DNA of 64,000 nt from the NCBI GenBank assembly GCA_963804995.1, contig CAWDSK010000006.1, forward strand, positions 960,001 through 1,024,000, read 5' to 3'. Positions 22,314 through 33,970 of the stretch are shown here, piece by piece. Made by a program: the position numbers and the translations under genes. This stretch comes from an uncultured Acidobacteriota bacterium. Its GTDB lineage: Bacteria; Acidobacteriota; Terriglobia; UBA7540. The notes under the pieces are model-generated. The model saw only the letters and a list, made by a program, of their open reading frames with translations. It made no database searches and had not been told where the DNA came from. Numbering within the stretch: position 1 is the first letter of the stretch; each line of letters opens with the position of its first letter.

Positions 22314-25300
22314 ATGCAAGAGAAATTAAGGATGCTATTGTTCGTCGCCCTGGTGGCGGCGGTCCTGGAAACCGCCCAACCTTCGTGGGCTGACGTAACC
22401 GGATCTATTTTGGGAACTGTTACAGACCCTACCGGGGCCGTAGTTCCCAAGGCGCAGGTAACGCTTCGAAATGCTGATACCGGCGCGGTGCGAAATACCA
22501 CCACGGACTCCTTGGGAAGCTATGAGTTCCTTTTGGTTCCCGTGGGTGAAAACTATGTCTTGGTGATCGAGGCGGCCGGCTTCCAAAAGGCCGAACAAAC
22601 CGGGATCAAACTTCTGGTTAACCAGAAATTCCGTGCGGATGTCCATCTCATTGTTGGCTCCGTAACGCAACTAGTCAATGTTTCAGCGCAGGTGGTCCAG
22701 GCCGAGACGACGAGCACCCAGCTCGGTGATGTCATCGAGGACCGCAAGATGAACACCCTGCCTCTTAATGGGCGGAGTTACACCGACCTACTGGGCCTGC
22801 AAGCGGGCGTCGCTCCTGTTACCTCCAGCGTTCAAGACACCAGCCGACCTGTTTCCGGCAATCTCAACCCCGGCACAGTTTCGGTCAACGGGGAACGAGA
22901 GTCCGCCAATTCCTTCCTGGTTAACGGAGGAGACGTGCAAGAGGGCCTGACCCAGGGCGCTTCCATTGTACCCACCCTGGACTCCATTCAAGAGTTCCGC
23001 ATCTTGACCAACTCTTTTGATGCGGAATATGGCAAATTCGCCGGAGCCATTGTGAACGTGATCACCAAATCCGGAACCAACGGCTTCCACGGCACGGTCT
23101 ATGAGTATCTCCGCAATGAGAAACTGGACGCGCGCAACTTTTTCGATATGAACCAGACTAACCCTGTCACAAATAAAGAGCTGCCGGGGACGGCGCTGGG
23201 AGAATTCCGGCGCAATCAGTTCGGCGGGGCCGCGGGCGGGCCAATCCTTAAGAACCGTCTCTTCTTCTTCGCAGATTTCCAGGGAACACGGGAAGTGCGA
23301 GGTCAATCCACCGGCATCATCGATGTCCCCTCCGCGAGCGAGCGGCTAGGCGATTTCACGGATGTCAGCACCACCGGTTATGGCGTGTTAGGGGGGGGCG
23401 TCCACAGTGATAACGCTGTCGGGGACTTGGCTCAGACGCTGACCGCCCGGCTGGGATATGCAGTGACTGGCGGTGAGCCCTATTATTACTCGGGCTGCAC
23501 CACGACCGCACAGTGTGTCTTCCCCGGCCAGGTGATCCCAGAAGCCGCTTGGGATCCGGCCGCCAAAGGAATGTTGAAGTACATTCCTTTGAGTACTGGC
23601 GTGGCGGCTGGGACGCCATTCTTTTCCAGCAGCGCCGAGAAGGCAACCTGGGGTAACAACAAAGGCGCCATCCGCATCGATCTCAACACCCAGCGGATGG
23701 GAGCCTTGTCCGGCTACTACCACCTCGATGATGCTACTATGGTTTACCCCTACCCGGGTTTGATTGGCAATGGCGCCAATGTGCCGGGCTTCCCGGCGAC
23801 CACACCCTCGCGGGCTCAGCAGTTCAACCTGAGTAACACGCGCAATTTCGGCAGCGCGATGGTGAATGAAGCGCGCGTGAACTACACGCGTAGTGCGTTG
23901 ATGTGGGACGCGCCGACTGGTGGGCTAACTAAGCTCTCCAGCCTAGGCTTCGTCACGGGGGAGGGGACACTGGGCCTGAATCCGGTTGTCGCCGCGTTTG
24001 AGGGGGCCCCCTCGACGTGTTTAAATATCATGGGCCCCTGTTGGGGCGTCTCCAATGGCAGTACAGGCCAGTACAACAACACTTTTCAAATCAGTGACAA
24101 CTTTTCCAAGATTGTAGGCCGGCATACCCTCAAGTTCGGCGGTGACGGCCGCTACCTCCAGATCAATGAGCGCAATACGTATTCTGAGAATGGGTACATC
24201 CAATTCGGCGGCGAGGAAACCGGCAACGATTTTGCGGATTACCTGCTGGGCGCCCCCGATTTCTTCAACCAGGCGAGCCAGCAGTTTCTGGATAATCGCA
24301 GCAAGTATTACGGGTTTTATGCACAAGACACGTTCAAGTTCAGACCCAACCTGACACTCAATTACGGCCTGCGCTGGGAAGTCAGCGAACCTTACTACGA
24401 TACTCAGAACAAGATCCAGACCTTCAAGTGGGACGCTGCGGGCCCCATCCAATCGCACGTTTACCCGCAGGCTCCCGCAGGTTGGGTGTTTCCGGGTGAT
24501 GACGATATTCCTCCCTCCCTGGCCCACACCACCTACAACCACTGGGGTCCACGGGTGGGTCTGGCGTATTCCCCCGGGTCCTCCAGCGGAGCGCTCGGCA
24601 ATATCTTTGGTGGGCCGGGCAAGACCAGCATCCGCGCTGCCTTCGGTATGTATTACACCTCGGTCGAAGACGAGACGCTGTTCGGGGTTCAAGGGAACCC
24701 GCCCTTCGGGTTTTGGTATGTAAGCCCAGCTCTCGTCTACCTGGACGAGCCTTACAAAGATCGCGTAAGCAACAACGATCCCGGGCAGCGTTTCCCATTC
24801 CATATGGCTACTCCTGGTTCAAACCCTAGTTTCGACGACTGGATTCCGGTAATCAGTGTCCAGATGACCCAGACCAATAACACGTTGCCCTATTCGGAGC
24901 ACTTCAATTTCAACATCCAACGTGAGATCAAGAATTCGGCGGTATTGACCGTGGGCTACGTGGGCACCCGGGGCCATCACTTAGCCTCCCTCTATTCGTT
25001 TAATCCCGGCAATGCCGCCCTCTGCCTGCACATTGCGGCTCTATATACTGCCGCCGGCCTGTCAGGAGGGTGTGGCCCAAGTGGTGAGGATTCCATCTAC
25101 AATGTCAACGGCCAAACCTTTTACGGGACTCGGCCGTATTCTGTGACCTCCGGGCGTGGCCTGCCTCTTGGCCGGTTGGATTTCGGGGAGAACGATTTCT
25201 TTGCCACCAAAGCGAACTCCAATTACAACGCCCTGCAAGTCAGCCTGGAAAAGAGAGTCGGCCACCTGCGCTTCCTTAGCGCCTACACCTGGTCAAAATC

Positions 25301-25943
25301 GCTCGATAACAGCTCAAACATCAACGAGTACATCAACACCTTTAACCCAGAAATCAGCAAGGCGCTTTCGGCGTTTGACATGACTCACAACTTCGTTACC
25401 AGCTACAGTTACGACATACCTACTCCACACCTGACCACTTCCAGCCCGGCCGTTGTCCGTAAGCTCCTCGATGGCTGGACCGTGACCGGCATCACACGCT
25501 TTGCAACCGGCCAGCCCGTCCGCATGCGTCAGAGTGGTGACTTGGCTCTTTGCAATTGCCACGCCGCGGTTGATTTTCCCAATTGGACTGGTGAGGCGAT
25601 TCAGTTCTCTGATCCGCGAGCTTCCTCCAGCCACCGGTATTTCTCTACCACCCAATTCTACTCGCAGGTGTTGGGAGAGGTCGGCAATGCAAACCGGCGA
25701 TTCTTCCACGGCCCCGGCCTCAACAACTGGGACGTTGCCCTTCACAAAACAACGGGCGTCTCGGAAAGGGTATCGCTAGAATTCCGAGCTGAGTTCTTTA
25801 ACATTTTCAACCACGCTCAGTTTAATACCCCGGGCGGCACCTTTTCGGCGTCGTCATTTACAACACCAGACCCTTCGGTCGGTAGAGTAACGAGTGCTCG
25901 CGACCCTCGGATCGGCCAGTTTGCCCTGAAGCTCCATTTCTAA
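22314..25943 (+). CDS. TonB-dependent receptor, Oar/carboxypeptidase-regulatory-domain type (copy 1)
   Basis: AGGAGG RBS; GTVTDPTGAVVP, LPLNGRSY, IQEFRI and TKSGTN motifs; C-terminal RAEFFNIFNH..PRIGQFALKLHF. Confidence 0.92.
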   Translation: MQEKLRMLLFVALVAAVLETAQPSWADVTGSILGTVTDPTGAVVPKAQVTLRNADTGAVRNTTTDSLGSYEFLLVPVGENYVLVIEAAGFQKAEQTGIKLLVNQKFRADVHLIVGSVTQLVNVSAQVVQAETTSTQLGDVIEDRKMNTLPLNGRSYTDLLGLQAGVAPVTSSVQDTSRPVSGNLNPGTVSVNGERESANSFLVNGGDVQEGLTQGASIVPTLDSIQEFRILTNSFDAEYGKFAGAIVNVITKSGTNGFHGTVYEYLRNEKLDARNFFDMNQTNPVTNKELPGTALGEFRRNQFGGAAGGPILKNRLFFFADFQGTREVRGQSTGIIDVPSASERLGDFTDVSTTGYGVLGGGVHSDNAVGDLAQTLTARLGYAVTGGEPYYYSGCTTTAQCVFPGQVIPEAAWDPAAKGMLKYIPLSTGVAAGTPFFSSSAEKATWGNNKGAIRIDLNTQRMGALSGYYHLDDATMVYPYPGLIGNGANVPGFPATTPSRAQQFNLSNTRNFGSAMVNEARVNYTRSALMWDAPTGGLTKLSSLGFVTGEGTLGLNPVVAAFEGAPSTCLNIMGPCWGVSNGSTGQYNNTFQISDNFSKIVGRHTLKFGGDGRYLQINERNTYSENGYIQFGGEETGNDFADYLLGAPDFFNQASQQFLDNRSKYYGFYAQDTFKFRPNLTLNYGLRWEVSEPYYDTQNKIQTFKWDAAGPIQSHVYPQAPAGWVFPGDDDIPPSLAHTTYNHWGPRVGLAYSPGSSSGALGNIFGGPGKTSIRAAFGMYYTSVEDETLFGVQGNPPFGFWYVSPALVYLDEPYKDRVSNNDPGQRFPFHMATPGSNPSFDDWIPVISVQMTQTNNTLPYSEHFNFNIQREIKNSAVLTVGYVGTRGHHLASLYSFNPGNAALCLHIAALYTAAGLSGGCGPSGEDSIYNVNGQTFYGTRPYSVTSGRGLPLGRLDFGENDFFATKANSNYNALQVSLEKRVGHLRFLSAYTWSKSLDNSSNINEYINTFNPEISKALSAFDMTHNFVTSYSYDIPTPHLTTSSPAVVRKLLDGWTVTGITRFATGQPVRMRQSGDLALCNCHAAVDFPNWTGEAIQFSDPRASSSHRYFSTTQFYSQVLGEVGNANRRFFHGPGLNNWDVALHKTTGVSERVSLEFRAEFFNIFNHAQFNTPGGTFSASSFTTPDPSVGRVTSARDPRIGQFALKLHF

Positions 25944-26026
25944 GCTTCTGGATTCGGCGCGCGAGGAGGTGTGATAGTTCCTACGGTTAGGTAGGTAAGA
26001 ACCTGGCAGGCTGATGAAAGAGCAAC

Positions 26027-26098
26027 GTAGCGGCGGGTTTACCCCGCCATTTTATGCCACGCGATCGCGGGCAGGATGGCGGAGTAAACCCGCCGCTA
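26027..26098. repeat. GTAG-type REP doublet
   Basis: Same family as 4884-4958. Confidence 0.85.
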
Positions 26099-26700
26099 AG
26101 TCGCACGGGAAGGGTTATTCAACAGCCTGCTAGTTCGCTACGTCGCCGCTTTTCGACAAAGATGGCGACAACACTGGTCGGGCTGCTTTGGTTCGCAAGT
26201 CCAAACACGCAGAGGAATTTCCAAAGCGGCCCGACCCACCCACCTCATAAGGCTTCCGCTTTCAGCGTTAAGAGATGGCCTTCGGTGGCCATAAGAACCT
26301 AGACTGGGCGTCCTCCTCGTCAGGTTCAATGGGCAAAGGGGCAGAGATTCCCGTCGCGCCTCGGTTGGTCCGCAAGTACGGCTACCGAGCGCCGGCTTCC
26401 GCACTACGACTCTCCGGAAAAGTAAAAATGTCCCCTTCTAGGATTGAATAAAATCGGATCAAAAATTGATGCAGGTCATTGTTCGCGGGTAGGTTTGGGT
26501 GTAGACAAGTCGCCAGAATAGAAGAACTAAGCCAAGTCCTGGATCAACTTTACCCTCTGCGCGGGTCCGGGATGTGCGCTTATGTCAACGATAGCCAAAT
26601 CGGTTTGGGTTGTAACTGCTGGTCTGTAAGCTTGGCAATAATATCCAATGCGTCGGGCGTGGGTGAAGAATCTTTCGTGCTAGCACAGGAGGGCCAATTC

Positions 26701-29700
26701 ATGGAAAAGAAATTAAGGGCTTTATTCTTCGTCGCCCTCGTGGCAGCGGTCCTGGGGACCGCCCTATCTTCGTGGGCTGACGTAACCGGATCAATCTTGG
26801 GAACCGTAACAGATCCTACCGGAGCCGTGGTTCCTGGGGCGCAGGTGACGCTGCGTAATGCTGATACCGGCGCGATCCGAAAAACCACCACGGACCCTCA
26901 GGGAAGCTATCAATACCTTTCGGTTCCCGTGGGTGAAAACTACGCCGTGGAAGTTGAGGCAGCCGGCTTTCAAAAGGCCGAACAAACCGGAATCAAACTT
27001 CTGGTTAACCAGAATTTCCGTGCCGATTTCCATCTCCGCGTGGGCGCCGTAACGCAGGAGGTCAATGTTTCAGCGCAGGCGGTCCAGGCGGAGACAACGA
27101 GCACCCAGCTCGGCGATGTTATCGAGAATACCAAAATGAACAACCTGCCCCTCAACGGGCGGAGTTACACCGACCTGCTGGGCCTGCAAGCGGGCGTCGC
27201 CCCGGTCCAATCCAGCGCCCAAGAGGCCAACCGTTCTACTTCCGGGAATCTCAACCCCGGCACGGTTTCGGTCAATGGGGAACGTGAGTCCGCCAACTCC
27301 TTCCTGGTTAATGGGGGCGATGTGGAAGAAGGCCTCGACCAGGGCGCTTCCATTATTCCCACGCTGGATTCTATTCAAGAGTTCCGCCTCCTGACCAACT
27401 CTTTTGATGCGGAATATGGAAAATTCGCCGGGGCCATTGTTAACGTGCTCACGAAATCGGGAACGAACAGTTTCCATGGCACCGTCTTCAAGTTTCTCCG
27501 CAACGAAAAGTTGGATGCGCGTAACTTTTTCGATTTGAACCAGGCCAACATTGTCACGGGTCAGGAGATACCGGGATCGGCGCTGGGGGCCTTCCGGCGC
27601 AATCAGTTCGGCGGGGCCGGGGGCGGGCCAATCCTTAAGAACCGTCTCTTCTTCTTCCTGGACTTCCAGGGGACACGGGAAGTACGCGGGGTATCATCCG
27701 GCAATATTAATGTGGCCTCCCCTTTGGAGCGGGAGGGCAATTTTTCGGAACGTCGGCACTACAAATTTCAATCCCTTGACGGGCGTCGTCCGTGGCGATA
27801 ACGCTCCCGGCGATTTCGCTCAGGCGCTGACCACCCGGCTGGGATATGCGGTGTCGGCGAATGAACCCTATTGGTTTTCCGGTTGCACCACAACCACCCA
27901 ATGTGTCTTTCCGGGCCAGGTGATTCCACAAAGTGGTTGGTCTTCGGCCGCCAAAGGTCTGTTGCAATTCGTTCCGTTGCCCGTGGGCAATTTGGGTGGG
28001 ACACCCTTCTTTTCCACCAGCGCCAACAAGTCAACCGTGGTCGACAACAAGGGCGCCGCACGCATCGACTTCAACACGCAGCGGATGGGAACCTGGTCCG
28101 CTTATTACCACATGGATAATGCCAATGTCCTTCTTCCTTACGCCTCCGCGGTGGGCAATGGCGCCAATGCGCCGGGATTCCCGGCCATCACACCCTCGCG
28201 GGCCCAGCAGTTCAACTTGAGCAACACTCGCAATTTCGGTGGCTCGATGGTGAATGAAGCGCGTATTAACTACACGCGTGAGGCATTGATCTGGGACAAG
28301 CCGAATGGAGGGCTCGGTAGCCTATCCAGCTATGGTTTCCTCAAGGGCGGACTGGGCATCAATCCTACGGTTCCGGCCTATGAGGGCTCCCCCACCGTCA
28401 GTTTAAATCTCATGGGGCTCACCTGGGGCGTGCCCGAGGGCACCACCGGCCAATACAACAACACTTTTCAAATCTCTGACAACTTTTCCAAGATCGTAGG
28501 CCGGCACACCCTCAAGTTCGGCGGCGACGGCCGCTACCTCCAGATCAACGAGCGCAATACTTATACCGAAAATGGTTACTATCAATTCAGCGGCGGGGAA
28601 ACCGGCAACGATTTTGCGGATTACCTGCTGGGCGCGCCCGATTTCTTTAATCAGACGAGCCAGCAGTTCCTGGATTCCCGCACCCGGTATTACGGGTTCT
28701 ATGCCCAAGACACGTATAAGATCAAGCCCAGCCTGACGCTCAATTACGGCCTGCGCTGGGAAGTCAGCGAACCTTTCTACGATTCCGAGAATAAGATCAT
28801 GACGATTCAGCCGGGCGTGCAATCGCACGTTTACCCGGATGCCCCCACGGGCCTTGCGTATCCGACTGATGACAATCTCCCCCGCGGTATGGCCCCCACT
28901 GGGTACCACAACTGGGGTCCACGGGTGGGCCTGGCGTATTCCCCAACGTCCACCAGCGGACTGCTCGGCAAGCTCTTCGGGGGGCCGGGCAAGACCAGCA
29001 TTCGCGCTGCCTTCGGGATTTACCACACGTCGGTCGAAGACGAGACTCTGTTCTGGGTGGTCGGAAACCCACCGTTCGGGCTCTGGTATGTAAGCCCCAC
29101 TCTGGTGTACATGGAGGAGCCTTACAAAGACCGTCTGCGCAACAACGATCCCGGGCAGCGTTTCCCGTACGCTATCCCTGCCCCGGGATCAAACGTTAGT
29201 TTCAACGATTTGCTTCCCATCAGCTTTGTCCAATTTACCGCGCCCAATAACACCTTGCCCATCTCCGAACATTTCAATTTCAACATCCAGCGCGAAATCA
29301 AGAACTCCGCGGTTTTGACCGTGGGCTACGTGGGCACCCAAGGGCATCACTTACCCGCCCTCCATTCGATGAATCCCGGTAATCCCGCCCTCTGCCTGCA
29401 TATTGCGGCTCTCTATGCTGGCGCCGGCCAGGCAGGACAAGGGTGTGGGCCCTATGGCGAGGATTCCATCTACCAAATCGACGGCCAAACTTTTAATGGG
29501 ACCCGGCCCTTCTCGGTGACCTCCGGGCGTGCCCTGGATCTGGGCCGGTTGGATTTTGGGGAGGACGATTACTTTTCCACCCTATCGAACTCCGATTACA
29601 ACGCCCTGCAAGTCACTCTGGAAAAGAAAGTCGGTCCCCTACGCTTCCTCACCGCCTACACCTGGTCAAAATCGCTCGATAACGGCTCAGGGACCACCGA

Positions 29701-30292
29701 GTTCATCAACCCCTACAACCCACATCTCAGTAGGGCCATTTCGGCATTTGACATGACCCAGAATTTCGTGACCAGTTATACCTACGACCTACCCTTTCAA
29801 CGCATGACCAGTTCCTCCCCGGCCGTGGTCCGTAAGCTCCTGGAAGGTTGGGCACTGACCGGGATCACACGCTTTGCCACCGGCCAGCCGGTTAACATCA
29901 TGCAGAGTGGGGACTTGTCTCTCTGTAATTGCTCAACCTCTGATTACCCCAATTGGACCGGTACGCCGGTGCAATTCTCCAATCCGCGATCTTCGTCCAG
30001 ACACCAGTACTTCTCCTCGGACCCCTTCTTCTCGGAGGTCCTGGGAGTGGGAGGCGACGCAGGTCGGCGATTCTTCCACGGGCCAGGGCTCAACAACTGG
30101 GATATGGCCCTTCACAAGAGCACCCACATCTCGGAAAGGGTTTCGCTAGAATTCCGGGCTGAGTTCTTTAACATCTTCAACCATGCGCAATTCAACAATC
30201 CGGTGGGCGATTTTGCCTCGTCGTCTTTCGGTTTGGTCACCAGCGCTCGCGACCCTCGAATCGGGCAGATGGCCTTGAAGCTCCATTTCTAG
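26701..30292 (+). CDS. TonB-dependent receptor (copy 2), frameshift near 27745
   Basis: ORFs 26479-27801 and 27551-30292 join into a close paralogue of copy 1. Confidence 0.9.
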
Positions 30293-30507
30293 GCTTCTCG
30301 ATTCGGCAAGCGAGGAGGTGTGATAGTTCTTACGGTTAGTTAGGCAAGAACCTGGCAGGCTGATGAAAGACAACGTAGCGGCGGGGCTGCTTTGGTTTGC
30401 AAGTACAAGCAAGTGAGCTAGTCCCCAAAGCGGCCCGACCCACCTATCCCATCAGGCTTCCGCAATCAACGTTAAGGGATGAAAGGGCAGGGCTTCATAG
30501 TTCGCGC

Positions 30508-31659
30508 TTAATGCGTGGAGAATCTATAGACGGTGGTGGACTGATAGGTTTGGCCCGGCCGTAGAATCGTGGAGGGGAAACCTGGCAGGTTGGGTGAATT
30601 CGGATAATGCTGGGTTTCCAAACAGAAGGCAGGCCGTTGTTTGTACACATGCCCCCGTTTGCCGGTGACGGGCTCGTCCGTAAAATCGCCCGTATAAAAC
30701 TGCACGCCCGGCTCCGTAGTATAAACTTCCATGACGCGGCCGGAAGTTGGCTCATAGACTCGCGCCGCGAGCGTCAAACCTGAACCCTGCCGGTTGATCA
30801 CGAAATTGTGATCGTAGCCGCCCCCCAAAACCACTTGCTCATGCTTGGAATTGATCCGGGCCCCAATGGCGGTGGGCTGGGTGAAATCGAGCGGCGTCCC
30901 TTTTACGGTCGAGATGCCGCCGGTGGGGAGCAGCGTCTTGCTGATCGGTGTGAAGCGGTTGGCGTTGAGCATTAGCACGTGCCCCAGGATGTCTCCGTTT
31001 CCCTCTCCGGCCAGGTTGAAATAACTGTGATTCGTGAGGTTGAGGGGAGTGGCCTTGTCCGTCGTGGCGTGATAGTTGATGGCGAGTTCGTTCTTTTCGT
31101 CGAGCCTATAGGTGACGGTCACCTGCAGGGTGCCCGGGTAGCCCTCTTCGCCGTCGACGCTCGTGTACTTCAGGATCAGGCTGGCCTCGCCCGCATTCTC
31201 GACGGGTTCGGCGTGCCATACGACCTTGTCAAAACCCTTGATACCGCCGTGCAGGCTGTTGGGACCGTCGTTTTTCGCCAGCGCGTATTCCTTGCCGTCC
31301 AGGGTGAACTTGGCGTTGGCGATGAGGTTCACGTAACGCCCGACGGTCGCCCCAAAATAGGCATTGCTGCCGAGGTAGCCGCCCAGCTTGTCAAATCCCA
31401 ACACCACATCAGCGCATTGGCCCTGCTTGTCGGGGACTCGCAAGGCAACGATGGTTCCACCATAGGTCATCACGCGAACTTCCATGCCCTGCTGGTTCTT
31501 CAAAGTGTAAAGCTCGACCGACTTCCCGTCGCGTGCGGTCCCAAAGGCTTGTTTGTTGATCAACTTTGTACTCGGTTGAGAGGATAAGACCGCAGAAGCG
31601 GTCCAGAAGAAAGAGAACACCAGGCACCAGGAAAGTGAAACACAAACGCGGCGAAGCAT
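30508..31659 (-). CDS. galM: Aldose 1-epimerase with signal peptide
   Basis: YFGATVGRY, NSLHGG, NLTNHSYFNL, GYDHNF and FCLETQHYP motifs. Confidence 0.9.
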   Translation of the reverse strand: MLRRVCVSLSWCLVFSFFWTASAVLSSQPSTKLINKQAFGTARDGKSVELYTLKNQQGMEVRVMTYGGTIVALRVPDKQGQCADVVLGFDKLGGYLGSNAYFGATVGRYVNLIANAKFTLDGKEYALAKNDGPNSLHGGIKGFDKVVWHAEPVENAGEASLILKYTSVDGEEGYPGTLQVTVTYRLDEKNELAINYHATTDKATPLNLTNHSYFNLAGEGNGDILGHVLMLNANRFTPISKTLLPTGGISTVKGTPLDFTQPTAIGARINSKHEQVVLGGGYDHNFVINRQGSGLTLAARVYEPTSGRVMEVYTTEPGVQFYTGDFTDEPVTGKRGHVYKQRPAFCLETQHYPNSPNLPGFPSTILRPGQTYQSTTVYRFSTH

Positions 31660-32142
31660 AGAGGCTCCGTTGATTCTTGATTCACCAGGAATCGGTTGGT
31701 GCGCATGCCTTGACATATCGCCGCGGGTTCTGAGAACACGTTCAGAGTGAGCCGGAATTCCCTCTTGGCTTTTCCGCCGTGCAGAGTATACACCGTTTGC
31801 TTCCCAGCGAACATTTAGAGCGGAGTCAGTAGCACAGCGCGGGGAAATCGCACGTAAAAAGTCATAGGAAGAAAACGCATGAAGGTGGGGAATTTGGTGG
31901 CGACTAGCCCGCGATACCTCGCTAATCGCAACTAGAGGGACATGTCCCACTTACGGCTCCAGGGGGGTCTGCCAAGCCTTGTCCCACTAACTTGCCCCGG
32001 CCTTCACGCGTTTTGCGCCCTCTGATTTTTCATTTTGGACTCCGCCACACTGCGCACCCCTGCTTCTGAGTTGTTGCCCAATCTGTGCCCTCTGCGGATC
32101 ATCCCGTCAACTCCGCAGTTTATGCAAATTAAAACCAGCGGG

Positions 32143-33087
32143 TTAACTCTGATGGCCAGCGACGAGTTTACGAAATTCCGGCAGGACCGCGAAAGGGGTT
32201 TGGACGCTCGCGATGCTCTCACCGATTTGGCGGATTTTATCCAGCTTGTGGTGCCCGAGCAGCGCGCCGGCCTTGGCCAGATACTCGATTCGTTCCGGGG
32301 CCAAGCCCATCACGCGCGCGGCAGTGGAATCGACCGCCACCGGGTCATCGCCCAGAATAAGCACTCCACTCGGCTTGGGAGTTCCCTGGATGGGGCCGTT
32401 GCCCTCCATGCCGACGATGCCGTCCACGATGGCGAAATCCGGGCGCACGGTGCTGTTGATGTGGAGAATGGACGGAGTGATGCCGGCCCAGTGCAAAATG
32501 TTCTTGGGCCAACCGTAACAGCATCCCGGCACGATGCCGAACATGTTCTTCAGGGAAAGCGTGGCGCCCACCCAATGATGCGTCTTAAGTTTGGGCAGCG
32601 ACACGATGAAATCCGCGTCCAGGACGGTCTGGGGAAGGTAAAGCTCCCGCAATTTAGAAGCGCGCGTCGGCAGGGTGACGGCGCAAACTTCATCCAGGTT
32701 CAAGTCGACGAATAGATTCGCCAGCGGACCCAGGTAATCGCGCAAGCGAATGGTTTCAACGATGGCCTCCGTATCGCGCTCATGCCCTGGTCCCTCACCC
32801 ACCAGGACCGAGGCCGCCCCCATCTGCAAGAAGCATTCCCGCGCCGCACCCACCACAGCGGGATGAGTATTGATGACTCCATCCGCGTCCGGCTCAACAA
32901 AATTGGGCTTGAGAAGAACTTTCTTGCCGCGCACGGGCAGGTCAAATTCTCGGAGTGCCTCACCGAGAAGTTTAGCGAGGTCACGGTTGTAGCCCTCCGC
33001 GCGCAGGATCGCCACACGGGAGGGCGGTCGTTCAAAGGGGAGCACGAGGTTGCGGGTGGTAAGGCTCATAACGATACGTTCGCTCAC
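32143..33087 (-). CDS. DUF362 family protein
   Basis: VLLKPN, THPAVV, PKLKTH, LSLKNMFG, DGIVGMEGNGP and DPVAVD motifs. Confidence 0.85.
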   Translation of the reverse strand: MSERIVMSLTTRNLVLPFERPPSRVAILRAEGYNRDLAKLLGEALREFDLPVRGKKVLLKPNFVEPDADGVINTHPAVVGAARECFLQMGAASVLVGEGPGHERDTEAIVETIRLRDYLGPLANLFVDLNLDEVCAVTLPTRASKLRELYLPQTVLDADFIVSLPKLKTHHWVGATLSLKNMFGIVPGCCYGWPKNILHWAGITPSILHINSTVRPDFAIVDGIVGMEGNGPIQGTPKPSGVLILGDDPVAVDSTAARVMGLAPERIEYLAKAGALLGHHKLDKIRQIGESIASVQTPFAVLPEFRKLVAGHQS

Positions 33088-33970
33088 ATGACATACGAAG
33101 AACCGCAGACCTCAACGGCGGAGGTCTGCGCTACGCCGCTCGTGGGCCGGATGGCCTGTTTCGTAACGCGGTCCCCCGCTTTTGGGGTCCGCGGTTCTTC
33201 GTTTGCCTGACCCCGAAAACTCAAACAATTCTTCACCACGATACATTCGCTCACATGACGTACGAAGAGCCGCAGACCTCAACGGCGGAGGTCTGCGCTA
33301 CGCCGCTCGTGGCCCGGATGGCCTGTTTCGTAACGCGGTCCCCCGCTTTTGGGGTGCCCGGTTCTTCGTTTGCCTAACCCCGAAAACTCAAACATCTCTT
33401 CACCACGATACATTCACTCACATGACTCAGGAAGAGCCGCAGACCTCAACGGCGGAGGTCTGCGCTACGCCGCTCGTGGGCCGGATGGCCTGTTTCGTAA
33501 CGCGGTCCCCCGCTTTTGGGGTCCGCGGTTCTTCGTTTGCCTGACCCCGAAAACTCAAACAATTCTTCACCATGATACTTTCGCTCACATGACATACGAA
33601 GAGCCGCAGACCTCAACGGCGGAGGTCTGCGCTACGCCGCTTGTGGCCCGGACGGCCTGTTTCGTAGCGCGGTCCCCCGCTTTTGGGGTCCGCGGTTCTT
33701 CGTTTGCCTAACCCCGAAAACTCAAACAATTCTTCACCACGATATTTTCGCTCATATGACTCAGGAAGAGCCGCAGACCTCAACGGCGGAGGTCTGCGCT
33801 ACGCCGCTCGTGGCCCGGATGGCCTGTTTTGTAGCGCGGTCCCCCGCTTTTGGGGTCCGCGGTTCTTCGTTTGCCTAACCCCGAAAACTCAAACAATTCT
33901 TCACCATGATACTTTCGTTCACATGACTCAGGAAGAGCCGCAGACCTCAACGACGGAGGTCTGCGCTACG
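33072..33970. repeat. Tandem array of 167-bp units (5 full + 1 partial), BIME/REPIN-like
   Basis: Units start at 33072, 33239, 33406, 33573, 33740 and 33907. Each holds two oppositely oriented GTAG/GTAA-type hairpins. Confidence 0.95.

Noticed and set aside
31660..31950. Extended N-terminus of galM in the ORF track
   Set aside because: The signal peptide begins at 31659; the upstream stretch looks like promoter sequence.
33072..33970. CRISPR array, or the repeated ORFs at 33182-34003
   Set aside because: Whole 167-bp units repeat with no unique spacers and no cas genes; the ORFs are translations of the repeat.
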